A stretch of 64,000 nt of DNA from assembly GCA_009914755.4 (NCBI GenBank), contig CP086569.2, positions 12,960,001 through 13,024,000 on the forward strand. Reading direction: 5' to 3'. How positions within the stretch are numbered: position 1 is the stretch's first letter; each line of letters opens with the position of its first letter. Source of the stretch: the human T2T-CHM13v2.0 reference genome, Homo sapiens. Of this stretch, positions 63,635-64,000 are shown piece by piece. The translations under genes and the position numbers were made by a program. Below the pieces are notes generated by a model. It made no database searches, was not told the DNA's origin, and worked only from the letters and a program-made list of their open reading frames with translations.

Positions 63635-64000
63635 TTCATAAAAAGAGATCAGGATGCATAAGGATTCATAAGAAGAGATCAGCTTTTCCAAAGCTGCAAG
63701 CTTTGGAAAGAGAACAGAATACTCTTTCCAGCTGTGGGATGGGTGAATGAGAGTACTTGCCCTTCAACACTCATTAGTCCTTAGCTGAGGGCAGTTCTTT
63801 GTGGGACCTCCTAGATTCTCGGCACTCTGGCTTGACTAACACATGTCCAACTATCAGGCTCCCCTGGTCACATAAAGACCTCAAGCAAAGGAGCACAGGG
63901 GCACCCTGTTGGAAGCATTAGGGTCAGCGTGTGCTATAATATAATGCAGGAAGGATGTGACATTACAGATCAGTGAGCAAATGAGGAACTATTCAATAAA

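Overview
This 64-kb window is not prokaryotic. It reads as primate (human-like) nuclear DNA from an AT-rich, interspersed-repeat-dominated intergenic or deep-intronic region. I see no bacterial or phage operon, no CRISPR array, no rRNA or tRNA gene, no CpG-island-like promoter, and no protein-coding exon I can support; every long ORF in the six-frame track falls in an L1 ORF remnant or in a low-complexity CT/GA tract. The main contents are:
- about 26 Alu SINEs, many with recognisable target-site duplications (TSDs);
- one full-length but coding-dead L1PA-type LINE-1 (4496..10377) with TSDs, plus at least 10 further L1 3'-end fragments;
- at least 20 MaLR/ERVL solo LTRs (MLT1-, MST/THE1- and MLT2-like), several head-to-tail or nested;
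- four very long homopurine/homopyrimidine tracts (about 23.2k, 35.1k, 40.0k and 59.0-60.6k), the last about 1.5 kb;
- a (GATA)13 microsatellite, a roughly 1-kb TA/CA cryptic repeat, and a 50-bp x about 8 minisatellite that appears derived from an LTR terminus.
The most unusual structures are:
- the 1.5-kb polypyrimidine tract, which has internal higher-order duplication;
- a 0.6-1.1 kb segment (non-LTR leader plus MLT1 LTR) present twice 2.3 kb apart, one copy also carrying a tandem triplication of about 230 bp;
- two closely spaced inverted Alu pairs (23-bp and 75-bp spacers);
- an unclassified paralogous element of about 215 bp at 26.3k and 33.3k.
None of this amounts to a novel biological system in the sense of a gene cassette; the interesting features are structural or repeat-derived. 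All family assignments are from memory of consensus sequences and by-eye alignment; coordinates are approximate to within about 10 bp.
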